Source of the DNA: an uncultured Pleomorphomonas sp.
GTDB taxonomy: Bacteria; Pseudomonadota; Alphaproteobacteria; Rhizobiales; Pleomorphomonadaceae
Direction of reading: 5' to 3'
Assembly: GCA_963665435.2 (NCBI GenBank)
Contig: CAXXNH010000064.1
Coordinates: forward strand, 24,699 to 88,698
DNA length: 64,000 nucleotides
Part shown: piece by piece, positions 38,746 to 48,222 of the stretch
How positions within the stretch are numbered: position 1 is the first letter of the stretch
How the letters are laid out: the number at the start of each line of letters is the position of its first letter
The notes under the pieces: generated by a model
Told to the model about the DNA's origin: nothing
The model's database searches: none
The model's input: the letters and a program-made list of their open reading frames with translations, nothing else
Made by a program: the position numbers and the translations under genes

Positions 38746-39662
38746 GACCGCACCCCCTTTCCGGCTGCGCCCCGATCGCTGCGCACCATGAAGATCAGCG
38801 CGACGAGCACGATGACGCCGAGGATGGTCGACACCGCCGCGCCGAACGGCCAGTCGCGCGCCGACAGGAAGGCCTGGGCGAGCAGGGTTCCGACCTGAAG
38901 CTGCTTGGAGCCGCCGATCAGCGTCGGAGCGATGAAGTTGCCGAAGGCCGGCACGAAGGTCAGGACCAGCCCGGCGGCGATGCCCGGCCAGGTGAGCGGC
39001 ACGATCACCCGGCGGAAGGTTGTGAAGCGGGCGGCGCCGAGATCGAAGGACGCCTCGACGAGACGCGGATCGAGCTTCTCGATGGAGGCATAGAGCGGCA
39101 GCACCATGAAGGGCAGATACTGGTAGACCATGGAGAGGACGATGGCGCCGGGGGTGTAGATCAGCGTCAGCGGCTCCTTGATCAGGCCGAGCCAGAGCAG
39201 GATGTTGTTGGCAAGGCCGTCGCTCCTCAGGATCAGCATCCAGGCGTAGATGCGCACCAGCGCGTTGACGAAGAATGGCAGCGTGATGAGCAGAAGCAGC
39301 GCCGACCGGCGACGGCGCGGCGCCCGGGCGATGAACCAGGCGGCCGGATAGCCGACCACAAGCGCGATGAGCGCCGTCAGCCCGGCGATGACGGCGGTGC
39401 GCAGGAACACGCCGTAATAGATGAAGTCCCAGTCGCGCAGTTCGTCTTCGTTCGGCAGGCCGAAGATCCGGGCATAGGAATCGAAATCGATCTGCCAGAC
39501 GACGCCGCCATAGGTGCCGCGCGTCATCACCGAGTAGACGGTCACGAGGCCGAGCGGCACAAGAAACAGGCAGGCGAGCAGCAGCGCGCTGGGGGTGAGA
39601 AGCGCAAGCCCGCCTCGGCGACGCCGCCGCTCGGCGCGGCTGATGGGAGGGGCGGCGCTCAT
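38742..39662 (-). CDS. Polyamine ABC permease (PotB-like)
   Basis: YLPFMVLPLY, LVEASFDLGA, RDWPFGAA; start MSAAPP. Confidence 0.92.
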   Translation of the reverse strand: MSAAPPISRAERRRRRGGLALLTPSALLLACLFLVPLGLVTVYSVMTRGTYGGVVWQIDFDSYARIFGLPNEDELRDWDFIYYGVFLRTAVIAGLTALIALVVGYPAAWFIARAPRRRRSALLLLITLPFFVNALVRIYAWMLILRSDGLANNILLWLGLIKEPLTLIYTPGAIVLSMVYQYLPFMVLPLYASIEKLDPRLVEASFDLGAARFTTFRRVIVPLTWPGIAAGLVLTFVPAFGNFIAPTLIGGSKQLQVGTLLAQAFLSARDWPFGAAVSTILGVIVLVALIFMVRSDRGAAGKGVRS

Positions 39663-40789
39663 TGCGTCACCACCTGCACGTCGGCCGGATCGTAGGCGAG
39701 ACGCACCGTCGTCCCGGCGGCGGGAACCTCGGCCGCCCCGTTGCAGAGCACCACGACGCCGCAGCCGGCGACCTCGGCGTCGAGGCGGATCTTGTCGCCG
39801 AGATAGATGGCGCTGCGCACCTGACCGGTCAGAACGTGCGGCGCGTCGCGCCCGTCGGCCAGAAGCGTCAACCGATCCGGTCGCAACACGGCGGTGGCGG
39901 ACGTGCCCGCCGCGAGATCGGCCTTGCGCGTCTGGATCACCGAACCGTCGGCAAGCGCGAGCGCGACACCGGAAGCGTCCGTTCCCGAAACCGTAACCGT
40001 GCCGTCGATCAGCGCGGCATCGCCGACGAAACCGGCGACGAAGCGGCTGGCCGGCCGCTCGTAGATGTCGCGCGGGCTGCCGATCTGTTCGACGCGGCCA
40101 CGGTTCATCACCACGACGGTATCGCTCATCGACAGCGCTTCCTCCTGGTCGTGGGTGACGCAGAGGAAGGCGATCTTCACTTCGTTCTGAAGCCGCTTCA
40201 GCTCGACCTGCATCTCCTTGCGCAGGTTGCGGTCGAGCGCCGCCATCGGCTCGTCGAGCAGGAGCACTTCCGGCTGCAGGACAAGCGACCTGGCCAGCGC
40301 CACGCGCTGCTGCTGGCCGCCCGACAGCTGGGCGATGCGCCGATTGCCGAGACCGCCGAGCCTGACCAGCTCCAGCGCCTCCGCGACGCGGGGCCGGATG
40401 GTCGAGCGGGCGACGCCGGTCACCTCGAGACCATAGGCGACGTTCTCCTCGACGGAGAGATGCGGGAACAGCGCGTAATGCTGGAAGACGGTGTTCACCG
40501 GTCGCTCGAAAGGCGGCGTGCGCGTGATGTCGGCGCCACCCAGCAGGATACGACCGGCATCCGGGTCCTCGAAACCGGCGATGGCCCGGAGCAGCGTCGT
40601 CTTGCCGCAACCCGAAGGCCCGAGCAGCGTGGTGAAGCGACCGGCGGAAATCTTCAGGCTGACCTCGTCGAGCGCGGTTACCTCGGCGCCCTCAGCCGAC
40701 CGAAAGCGCTTGGAAATGCGCTCGATCTCGATGACCGAAGCGCCGTCGACCGCCTTCCGGGCAGACTCTCTGAGGGGCTGGGTGACCAT
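39659..40789 (-). CDS. Polyamine ABC ATPase (PotA-like)
   Basis: GPSGCGKTT, VFQHYALFPHL, LSGGQQQR, THDQEEA; start approximate. Confidence 0.92.
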   Translation of the reverse strand: MVTQPLRESARKAVDGASVIEIERISKRFRSAEGAEVTALDEVSLKISAGRFTTLLGPSGCGKTTLLRAIAGFEDPDAGRILLGGADITRTPPFERPVNTVFQHYALFPHLSVEENVAYGLEVTGVARSTIRPRVAEALELVRLGGLGNRRIAQLSGGQQQRVALARSLVLQPEVLLLDEPMAALDRNLRKEMQVELKRLQNEVKIAFLCVTHDQEEALSMSDTVVVMNRGRVEQIGSPRDIYERPASRFVAGFVGDAALIDGTVTVSGTDASGVALALADGSVIQTRKADLAAGTSATAVLRPDRLTLLADGRDAPHVLTGQVRSAIYLGDKIRLDAEVAGCGVVVLCNGAAEVPAAGTTVRLAYDPADVQVVTQ

Positions 40790-40919
40790 CGGCAGGGGTG
40801 TCCTCGCTTTGCGGTGCATCCGTTGTTGAGTTATTTTTCTAACATCGATATGATTAGGTACAAGAGTAACATTTAGGCGCTCGGCATCGCGCCTGCCGCT
40901 CAACTAGGCAGAACACCTT

Positions 40920-42026
40920 ATGGTCAATGATTCAAAGTCCCCTCGCACCGGCGTCACCCCCTCCCCTCGGCGCGCAAGGGCGCTCGGCTTGCCGCTTCCC
41001 GGCACGCCCGGCCCGCTCAACGCCATCACCGACGTGCCCGGCGTCTCGGTGGGACTGACGACGATCATCGACGACGACGCCTCCATCCGCACCGGCGTCA
41101 CCGCCGTGTTGCCGCGTCCGCCGGCCGATCTCCTCAATCCGGTCTGGGCCGGCGCCTTCTCGATGAACGGCAATGGCGAGATGACCGGCGTGCACTGGAT
41201 CAAGGAAGCCGGCTGGTTCACCGGGCCGATCACCATCACCAACACCTTCTCCGTCGGCCTCGCCCATCACGCCACCGTCCGCTGGATGGTCGAGCACTTC
41301 CCGGACAAGGTGGGGGAGAATCTCTGGGTGCTGCCGGTGGCCGCCGAAACCTATGACGGCTACCTCAACGACATCGCCGGCCTGCATGTCACCGAACGCC
41401 ATGTCCTCGCCGCCATCGACGGCGCAACGGGCGGCCCGGTGGCCGAGGGCTCGGTGGGCGGCGGCACCGGCATGATCGCCTACGAGTTCAAGGGCGGCAC
41501 CGGCACCGCCTCGCGCAAGATCCCGCTGGCCGGCAAGGACTATACGCTGGGCGCGCTGGTCCAGGCCAACCACGGCCTTCGCCCCTGGCTGACGGTGTGC
41601 GGTCAGCCGGTCGGCGCGGCACTGCCCGAAAACCGCGTCCACGAGCGCGAGCGCGGCTCGATCATCGTCGTCATCGCCACCGACGCCCCGCTCATCCCGA
41701 CCCAGATCGAGCGGCTGGCCCGCCGCGCCGCCATCGGCATCGGCCGCGCCGGCACGCCATCGGGCAACAGCTCGGGCGACATCTTCCTCGCCTTCTCCAC
41801 CGCCAACGATCCCGGCCCGTTGCCGGAGCCGGCGAGACTCGGTTTCGAGGCGATCTCCAACGATCTCCTCGACCCGCTGTTCCTGGCGGCGGTCGAAGCC
41901 GTCGACGAGGCGGTGCTCAACGCCATGTGCGCAGCCGGGCCGATGAGCGGCAAGAAGGGCCGCCACGTCGATGCGTTGCCGCTCGATCGCCTGCGCGACC
42001 TGATGGGGATCAGCTCCGAAGACTGA
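40920..42026 (+). CDS. DmpA / peptidase S58 (P1) family aminopeptidase
   Basis: NAITDVPGV, NGNGEMTG, EGSVGGGTGM, autocleavage G|SIIVVIATDAP, SGDIFLAFST. Confidence 0.92.
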   Translation: MVNDSKSPRTGVTPSPRRARALGLPLPGTPGPLNAITDVPGVSVGLTTIIDDDASIRTGVTAVLPRPPADLLNPVWAGAFSMNGNGEMTGVHWIKEAGWFTGPITITNTFSVGLAHHATVRWMVEHFPDKVGENLWVLPVAAETYDGYLNDIAGLHVTERHVLAAIDGATGGPVAEGSVGGGTGMIAYEFKGGTGTASRKIPLAGKDYTLGALVQANHGLRPWLTVCGQPVGAALPENRVHERERGSIIVVIATDAPLIPTQIERLARRAAIGIGRAGTPSGNSSGDIFLAFSTANDPGPLPEPARLGFEAISNDLLDPLFLAAVEAVDEAVLNAMCAAGPMSGKKGRHVDALPLDRLRDLMGISSED

Positions 42027-42032
42027 CGAGTC

Positions 42033-42641
42033 TCAGCGCGGCGCGGTCTCGGCAAAGCCGGGACACCGGACGGCGAAACGCTCGAACCATTCGGCAAGGC
42101 GCGGCCGGCCGGCCCGCCAGTCGTCGCCGAGGCGGAAGTCGATGAAGCCGAGGCCGCAGGCAACCGCGATCTCGCCGACCAGAATCTCCGTGTCCGACGG
42201 CGGCGCCATGTCCAGCATGTCGAGAGCGCGGTTCATCTTGCCGCTCTGGTAGCCGAGCCAGCGCGGCGACCACGAGGGCTCGTCGCGGAACAGGGTTTCG
42301 AGCCGCCGCAGCACGCCGGCATCGAGAATGCCGTCGCCGAGCGCCTGCAGCTTCAGCGCCGCGAAGCGCGCCTCCGGCTCGCTCGGAATGATGCGGTCGC
42401 CACCGACGAGATGGTCGAAATACTCGAGGATGACGCGGCTGTCGTAGAGGGTCGAGCCGTCGGCGAGCACCAGCGTCGGCACCTTGCCGAGCGGGTTCTG
42501 CGCCCTCAGGCTGTCGTTGTCGTCGAAAGTGTCGGCCGGCGTCACCTCGATCCGCTCGGACAGGCCGAGAACGGCGGCGGCAAGGCGAGGCTTGCGGCCG
42601 AAGGGTGACGTCAGGCTGCAACGCAAAATCATGTCGGCCAT
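42033..42641 (-). CDS. Glutathione S-transferase family protein
   Basis: SPFGRK, NPLGKVPTL, LYDSRVILEY. Confidence 0.92.
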   Translation of the reverse strand: MADMILRCSLTSPFGRKPRLAAAVLGLSERIEVTPADTFDDNDSLRAQNPLGKVPTLVLADGSTLYDSRVILEYFDHLVGGDRIIPSEPEARFAALKLQALGDGILDAGVLRRLETLFRDEPSWSPRWLGYQSGKMNRALDMLDMAPPSDTEILVGEIAVACGLGFIDFRLGDDWRAGRPRLAEWFERFAVRCPGFAETAPR

Positions 42642-42659
42642 GGCAAAAGTCCAGAAAGT

Positions 42660-43694
42660 TCAACGCGCCGGATAGACATCCGTCCAGCCGGACGCGGCGT
42701 CGCCGCAGCTGGTGGCGGCCGAGAGACGGTCGAGGCGAAAAGCGGTATCGGTGAAGGTCCAGCCGGCCTTGAAGGCGCAGCCGTGGTCGTCGGCGCCACT
42801 GGCTTCCAGACGGTGGTTCTCGGCGTCATAGGCGACGTCGAACAGCACGTCGACGCCATACCAGCCGAGCCGTTCGGAGAAGCCGGCGAAAAGGAGCGGA
42901 TTGATGCCACCGATCTCGCCTCTGTCGATTGTGTAGAGGCGGGAGGCGAGTCCCGAAGAGTTGCGATAGCAGGGGATGACATAGAGCATCGCCGTCTCGC
43001 CAAGCGGCGCGATCAGCGGCTCTGCACTGGCGATGTCGGCCGCGTCGGGCTTTTCGCAGGCGGCCGAGGCCAGATGCAGTTCCAGAAGGCGCGGTGGCAC
43101 GCCAGCCGCCGAGAGATGGGCACCGGCATCGACATCCGGCGCTTCCGGCAGGTCTTCCGGCGGCCCTGCCCGGCGGTCGCCGGGAATGCGCCCCTGCTGA
43201 CGGTCGATCTCGTTGAGGGCGTCCGACAACCCATCGAGCGGGAAGCGGTCCGTATGCGCCTTTCCGGCGATGTCGATGAACGAGAAGCGCAGCATGTGAC
43301 CGCGCTGGATTTGCAGCATCAACCGGCCGAGCGCGGCGTGCGACACGATGTAGTAGTCGGACGGATGGACGAAGGGCGCATAGTCCGAGCCGGGGTAGAG
43401 CGTGATGTCGACGCCATTGTCGACGGAGACCGCCACCGGCCGGTTGCGGTCTGCCAGCACGCCCAGCGTCGAGATCGACACCGTCCACCGTGCCCGGCTC
43501 TCCGGCGAGCGCTGGAGCACGACGACGCTGGCCTTGTCCGGATTCGCCGCCTGTACGCTGGCCGCGCAATGCCGAGCCTCGTCACAGGCGATCGAAACGG
43601 AGCCGAACCGCTTGGAAACCGCCGCCGACGCATCGGCCGCCAAGCCGAGAGCCAGTGCCAGGAACGCTACTGCAAAAACCGACTGCCGCGACAT
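42660..43694 (-). CDS. Exported protein, DUF1176-like
   Basis: Signal peptide; SIACDEARHC; LDGLSDALNEIDRQQGR; several Cys residues. Confidence 0.7.
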   Translation of the reverse strand: MSRQSVFAVAFLALALGLAADASAAVSKRFGSVSIACDEARHCAASVQAANPDKASVVVLQRSPESRARWTVSISTLGVLADRNRPVAVSVDNGVDITLYPGSDYAPFVHPSDYYIVSHAALGRLMLQIQRGHMLRFSFIDIAGKAHTDRFPLDGLSDALNEIDRQQGRIPGDRRAGPPEDLPEAPDVDAGAHLSAAGVPPRLLELHLASAACEKPDAADIASAEPLIAPLGETAMLYVIPCYRNSSGLASRLYTIDRGEIGGINPLLFAGFSERLGWYGVDVLFDVAYDAENHRLEASGADDHGCAFKAGWTFTDTAFRLDRLSAATSCGDAASGWTDVYPAR

Positions 43695-43901
43695 GTCTCC
43701 CCCAATCGCCTCATCCGGATCCGAACGAGAGGCGCCTCTCCCGACCTGGACCATTGCACACATATGGGCGGTCCGAAAGGCAGTCTGAACACCCCCTTCC
43801 GTCCTAAAACCACCAAGCAACATCAGGAGAGCCGCGATGCCCAACTAGACTGCCAGGCCCGGCCAGCCGAGCGGATTGCCCTTGGGGCATGGCAGGAACC
43901 G

Positions 43902-44753
43902 TCAGCGGAACAGCATCAGCGGGATCAGGCAGGTGCGGATCATGGCCGACGTCGTGCTGCCGACCAAGAGGTTTCGCACCGCCGAGTGGCCATAGGCGCC
44001 GATGGCGAGAAGATCGATGCCTTCGGCGCGGACATAGTCGCCAATGACCTTCGTCGGCTCGCCGGGCAGGAGCTTCGAGACCACGGCCTCCCCGCGACCG
44101 CCGAGCACCCGAGTGGCCTCTTCCAGCCGCTGACGGTTGGCCGGCGTGTCGTCCCCAACGGTCACCACGTGGAACTCCAGCTCGCCGAACAGCGGCTTCG
44201 ACGCCATGTACTCCAGCGCCTTCCTGGCGCTGGGGCCGCCGTCATAAGCCAGAAGCACCCGGCGGATGCCCTTCCACTCGCGCGAGGCGACGAGGATCGG
44301 CCGCTTGGCGGATCGAACCACCCGCTCGAGATTGCTGCCGATGTGCATCTGGGCGAAGTCGGCGCTGGCGCCTCGCTTGCCGATGACGATCAGCGACACA
44401 TCCTCCTCGCACTCGGCGACGGTGTCGACGAAGGAGCCGTGACGGAACTTGACGTCCACCTCGGTGACGCCCTGCTCGGTCAAGCGCGTCCGGCTCATGT
44501 CGAGAAGCGCGCGGCCTCGCTCCTGGGCGAGCTTGGCGCTCTGCTCGTCGCTCTTCGCCAGACTGTCGAGGAGTTGCGCGTTGGCGTCCACCCCAAGGGC
44601 GCCGGACAGATCGAGCAGGTCGCCCCGCTCCTTCCGGCCGATGACGTGCAGGATCGACACCGAGGCGTCCATCCGCCGGGCCGCCCAGGCCGCGTGATCC
44701 GCAACGCTGATCGCATAGACCGACACGTCCACGCAGGCGAGTACCTTGGTCAT
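43902..44753 (-). CDS. Tandem universal stress protein
   Basis: VLACVDVS, IGKRG...GSNLERVVR, GAYGHS...VGSTT. Confidence 0.93.
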   Translation of the reverse strand: MTKVLACVDVSVYAISVADHAAWAARRMDASVSILHVIGRKERGDLLDLSGALGVDANAQLLDSLAKSDEQSAKLAQERGRALLDMSRTRLTEQGVTEVDVKFRHGSFVDTVAECEEDVSLIVIGKRGASADFAQMHIGSNLERVVRSAKRPILVASREWKGIRRVLLAYDGGPSARKALEYMASKPLFGELEFHVVTVGDDTPANRQRLEEATRVLGGRGEAVVSKLLPGEPTKVIGDYVRAEGIDLLAIGAYGHSAVRNLLVGSTTSAMIRTCLIPLMLFR

Positions 44754-44807
44754 TCGTCCCTCCCTGTGGCCGGGTCGCGCCCTGCCTTCCGATCTATCTA
44801 CCTGTTT

Positions 44808-46286
44808 TCAAATTACCTTGTCGACGGCGTCCGGGTCGTTGTGGATCGCGAAGCGATCGACCATGGTCGCGCTCGCCTCGTTGAGGCCGAGAATCTCCAC
44901 CTCGGCTCCCTCGCGACGGAACTTGATGACCACCTTGTCGAGCGCGGCAATCGCCGAAACGTCCCAGAGGTGGGCATGGCTGACGTCGATCACGACGCGC
45001 TCCACCACCTCCTTGAAGTCGAGCGCGGCGACGAAGGCATCGGACGAGGCGAAGAACAGCTGCCCGTGAACGACATAGGTGCGCGTCCGGCCATCGGGCG
45101 ACAACGAGGAGGACACCGCGAACACGCGGGCGACATTGGAGGCGAAGAAGATGCCGGACAGCAGCACGCCTGCGAGGACGCCCTGGGCGAGATCGTGCGT
45201 GTAGACCACCACCACCACGGTGACGAGCATGACGATGGACGCCGACGGCGGGTACTGCCGCATGTTGCGGATCGAGCTCCAGGAGAAGGTGCCGACCGAC
45301 ACCATGATCATCACCGCCACCAGCGCGGCCATCGGGATCTGGCTGACCCAGGGGCCGAGCACGACGATCAGGAACAACAGGAAGGCGCCGGCGACGAGGC
45401 CGGAAAGGCGCCCTCGGCCACCCGATTTCACGTTGATCACCGACTGACCGATCATGGCGCAGCCACCCATGCCGCCGAAAAGGGCGCTGACGATGTTGGC
45501 GACGCCCTGGCCGCCGCACTCGCGGTTCTTGTTGCTCGGGGTATCGGTGAGATCGTCGACGATCGCCGCCGTCAACAGCGATTCCAGCAGTCCGACCGCC
45601 GCCAGCGCCACCGAGTAAGGCAGGATGATCCTGAGCGTCTCCAGGTTGAACGGCACGTCGGGGATCAGGAAGGTCGGCAACGAGGACGGCAGTTCGCCGA
45701 GATCGCCAACCGTCCGCACATCGATTCCCAGCGTCAGAACCGCGCCGGTCACCAGAACGATGGCGACGAGCGGGCTCGGAATGGCCTTGGTGACGTGAGG
45801 AAACAGATAGATCACGGCAAGGCCGGCGGCGACCAGGACGTAGGTCACCGGCGCAACGCCGATGAGTTCGGGAAGCTGGGCCATGAAGATCAGGATGGCC
45901 AGCGCATTGACGAAGCCGGTCATCACCGACTTCGAGACATAGCGCATCAGCAAGCCGAGCTTCAGAAAGCCCGCCACGATCTGGAGGACGCCCATCAGGA
46001 TGGTCGCGGCCAACAGGTATTGAAGACCATGGTCGCGGACGAGATCCACCATCAGCACGGCCGTGGCCGCCGTCGCCGCCGAGATCATGCCGGGCCGGCC
46101 GCCGACGATGGCCGACGTCACGGCGATCGCAAACGAGGCATAGAGGCCGATCTTGGGATCGACGCCGGCAATGACCGAGAATCCGATGGCTTCGGGAATG
46201 AGGGCAAGGGCGACGACGATGCCTGCTAGGATGTCGCCGCGAATGTTGGACAGCCATTCCTTCCGGAGGGTCTCGAACAGGGTCAT
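44808..46286 (-). CDS. SulP-family anion transporter with STAS domain
   Basis: [37 protein letters not shown]. Confidence 0.95.
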   Translation of the reverse strand: MTLFETLRKEWLSNIRGDILAGIVVALALIPEAIGFSVIAGVDPKIGLYASFAIAVTSAIVGGRPGMISAATAATAVLMVDLVRDHGLQYLLAATILMGVLQIVAGFLKLGLLMRYVSKSVMTGFVNALAILIFMAQLPELIGVAPVTYVLVAAGLAVIYLFPHVTKAIPSPLVAIVLVTGAVLTLGIDVRTVGDLGELPSSLPTFLIPDVPFNLETLRIILPYSVALAAVGLLESLLTAAIVDDLTDTPSNKNRECGGQGVANIVSALFGGMGGCAMIGQSVINVKSGGRGRLSGLVAGAFLLFLIVVLGPWVSQIPMAALVAVMIMVSVGTFSWSSIRNMRQYPPSASIVMLVTVVVVVYTHDLAQGVLAGVLLSGIFFASNVARVFAVSSSLSPDGRTRTYVVHGQLFFASSDAFVAALDFKEVVERVVIDVSHAHLWDVSAIAALDKVVIKFRREGAEVEILGLNEASATMVDRFAIHNDPDAVDKVI

Positions 46287-46359
46287 TGGATCTTTGCGTC
46301 CCGAGACGACAGGGCACGCCACGCCTCGAAAAGGCGAGTGAGTCGCGTGCGTCGTGAGA

Positions 46360-46412
46360 GATTGTCCGGCGGATCGGCGGCCGGAAGAGCCACCCGCAAG
46401 GCGGGTCCGTGT
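46360..46412 (-). ncRNA. sul1-like cis-regulatory RNA motif
   Basis: Minus strand GGACCCGCCTTGCGGGTGGCTCTTCCGGCCGCCGATCCGCCGGACAA upstream of SulP; matches my recollection of the alphaproteobacterial sul1 motif. Confidence 0.7.
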
Positions 46413-46497
46413 GAATGCCTAGGTTACTGCCATGCCCTACCCCAAAAGGCAACCGCATGACCGCCCCGCATGACCGGGACCGACAATCCCCGTCGCC

Positions 46498-47136
46498 TCA
46501 CCTAATCGGCGGCAACACCACCCGGCTGCTGCGGCAGGCCCGTCTGTCGACCTCATCGCAGGCGCGAAAGCCGAGGCCGCGCGTCAGGCAGACGCGCACT
46601 TCCCTGAGGCGACGCCCATCGCAGACGACGGATACGCCGCCGGGCCGGAGCCCGGGATTGGCCGCGACGAAGGCCGCTTCCACCTCGGCGGGGGAGACCA
46701 TCACATAGGTGTCGAGCCGCCGAAAGGCGGCCGGAATGCGAACCGCCTCGCGAGCCGCCCGAACCGTCTTGAGATAAGCGGTCGGCGAAAGGCCGGAACA
46801 GGACCCATGCTTGCGCCACTCGTGGCGGACGAGACCGGGCGCCGGCATCAGGTCGGCAACGGCGCGGATGTCCGCCCCGCTGGGCGCAAGGCGCGTCGGA
46901 CAGTCGGCCGGATAGCCGCGTTCGTATTGCGGCCAGAGGCCATGCACCAGGAAGCCGTAGCGACGGCCGCTCTCGCATTGCGCGTCGTCGCGCGCCCCGC
47001 CTTCGGCCTCGCAGTAGCTGGGCGACCAACTGAGCGACAGCACGTAGAAATCGAAACGACCGGCGCGGTCGGCGGCGAGCGCGGCGACTGGCCACACCGC
47101 GACAAGCAGGACAAGCAGCCGGGCGAGCCTCGTCAC
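46498..47136 (-). CDS. Ribonuclease T2 family (exported)
   Basis: FDFYVLSLSWSPSYC, VHGLWPQ, HEWRKHGSC; GTG start overlapping the upstream stop. Confidence 0.93.
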   Translation of the reverse strand: MTRLARLLVLLVAVWPVAALAADRAGRFDFYVLSLSWSPSYCEAEGGARDDAQCESGRRYGFLVHGLWPQYERGYPADCPTRLAPSGADIRAVADLMPAPGLVRHEWRKHGSCSGLSPTAYLKTVRAAREAVRIPAAFRRLDTYVMVSPAEVEAAFVAANPGLRPGGVSVVCDGRRLREVRVCLTRGLGFRACDEVDRRACRSSRVVLPPIR

Positions 47137-47519
47137 TTCAGAACCTTGCAGTCGGCGCCGTAGACCTTGTAGGGGTCGTGACCGGACAGGCAGAACTCGA
47201 CGTTCCAGCCGTAGCCGGCGAAGCCCTCGCCGGCCGAAACCACATAGTAGAGCGTCGTCGGCCGGGCCGAGGTGAGCTGGGCGCGGGCGGCGCAATAGCG
47301 CCGGTCGATGGCGCTGAACCCTTCGGTCACCAGACGTCGTTCGCCGATCCGATCGAGAGCGGCGATGGTGACGCCGTCCTTCCAGGTGTGGGCCTCGGCC
47401 CAGGCCTGACGGCTCGAAAGGGTGGAAAGGACCGAGGCGTCATCGCAAACGGGAAGCCCCCCGGCGGCGGCCATCACGGTGGAGCTTGAAAGCGCGAGCA
47501 AGGCGAAGGCAAGGCGCAT
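47133..47519 (-). CDS. Hypothetical exported Cys-containing protein
   Basis: Signal peptide; LPVCD...RRYC.A...GFAGYGWNVEFC..GHDP...YGADC. Confidence 0.8.
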   Translation of the reverse strand: MRLAFALLALSSSTVMAAAGGLPVCDDASVLSTLSSRQAWAEAHTWKDGVTIAALDRIGERRLVTEGFSAIDRRYCAARAQLTSARPTTLYYVVSAGEGFAGYGWNVEFCLSGHDPYKVYGADCKVLK

Positions 47520-47744
47520 GATCGGTCCTCGGGTGTCGAGACAGAGCGTCCATCGGGCCGAATGCCCGAACAGAGGGCGGATTCGAGCAAGAGAATACCT
47601 CCGACCGCTCGCTTGTCGATCTGATTTTTCAGACCGGCGCTTCATTGAGGATCAGCCTCTCGCAAGCCCCCCGTCGGAATTCGCCGGGAATCCCGCCTTG
47701 TCGCCAATGACTGGGGCCTGAGCGGCCCGTCGCGAGCGCTCTTG

Positions 47745-48152
47745 CTAAAGGAACGGGTTGTAGACCAGTTCCCAGAGATGACCGTCGGGGTCGGCGACGA
47801 AGCCCGAATAGCCACCCCAGAACACCGTCCGGGCCGGCCGACGCAGAACCGCCCCCGCCGCGAGCGCATGGGCCATCGCCGCGTCGACGGCTTCCGCCGA
47901 CGGATAGTCGTGCGCGAAGGTGATGCCGTCGAAGCCATGACCGTCGTCGGCGACTTCGGCATCCTTCGCCAGAAGCGCCCGTGGAAAGAGCGAGAGCTTC
48001 AGATTCTCGAGCGCGTAGATCACATACTCGTCGTTGGAGGCCGGATCGGCCACCAAGCCCAGAGCATCGTAGAAGGCACGGGCGCGCGCGAGATCGGCCA
48101 CACCGAAGGTGATGCTCGACACGGCCCGAAAATGTGTCTGGTCGTCAGCCAT
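47745..48152 (-). CDS. VOC/glyoxalase family protein
   Basis: ITFGVADLARARAFY, FWGGYSGFVADPDGHLWEL. Confidence 0.92.
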   Translation of the reverse strand: MADDQTHFRAVSSITFGVADLARARAFYDALGLVADPASNDEYVIYALENLKLSLFPRALLAKDAEVADDGHGFDGITFAHDYPSAEAVDAAMAHALAAGAVLRRPARTVFWGGYSGFVADPDGHLWELVYNPFL

Positions 48153-48222
48153 CTGAAAGATCTCCGCCAGGGAGGCCGGGGGCGTTCAACGCCCCCGCGG
48201 CGTCGGGGTGGCGGCGCCCGCC

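Noticed and set aside
42783-46229. 1148-aa + strand ORF
   Set aside because: Antisense shadow of the DUF1176-like, USP and SulP genes; a typical high-GC artefact with no motifs
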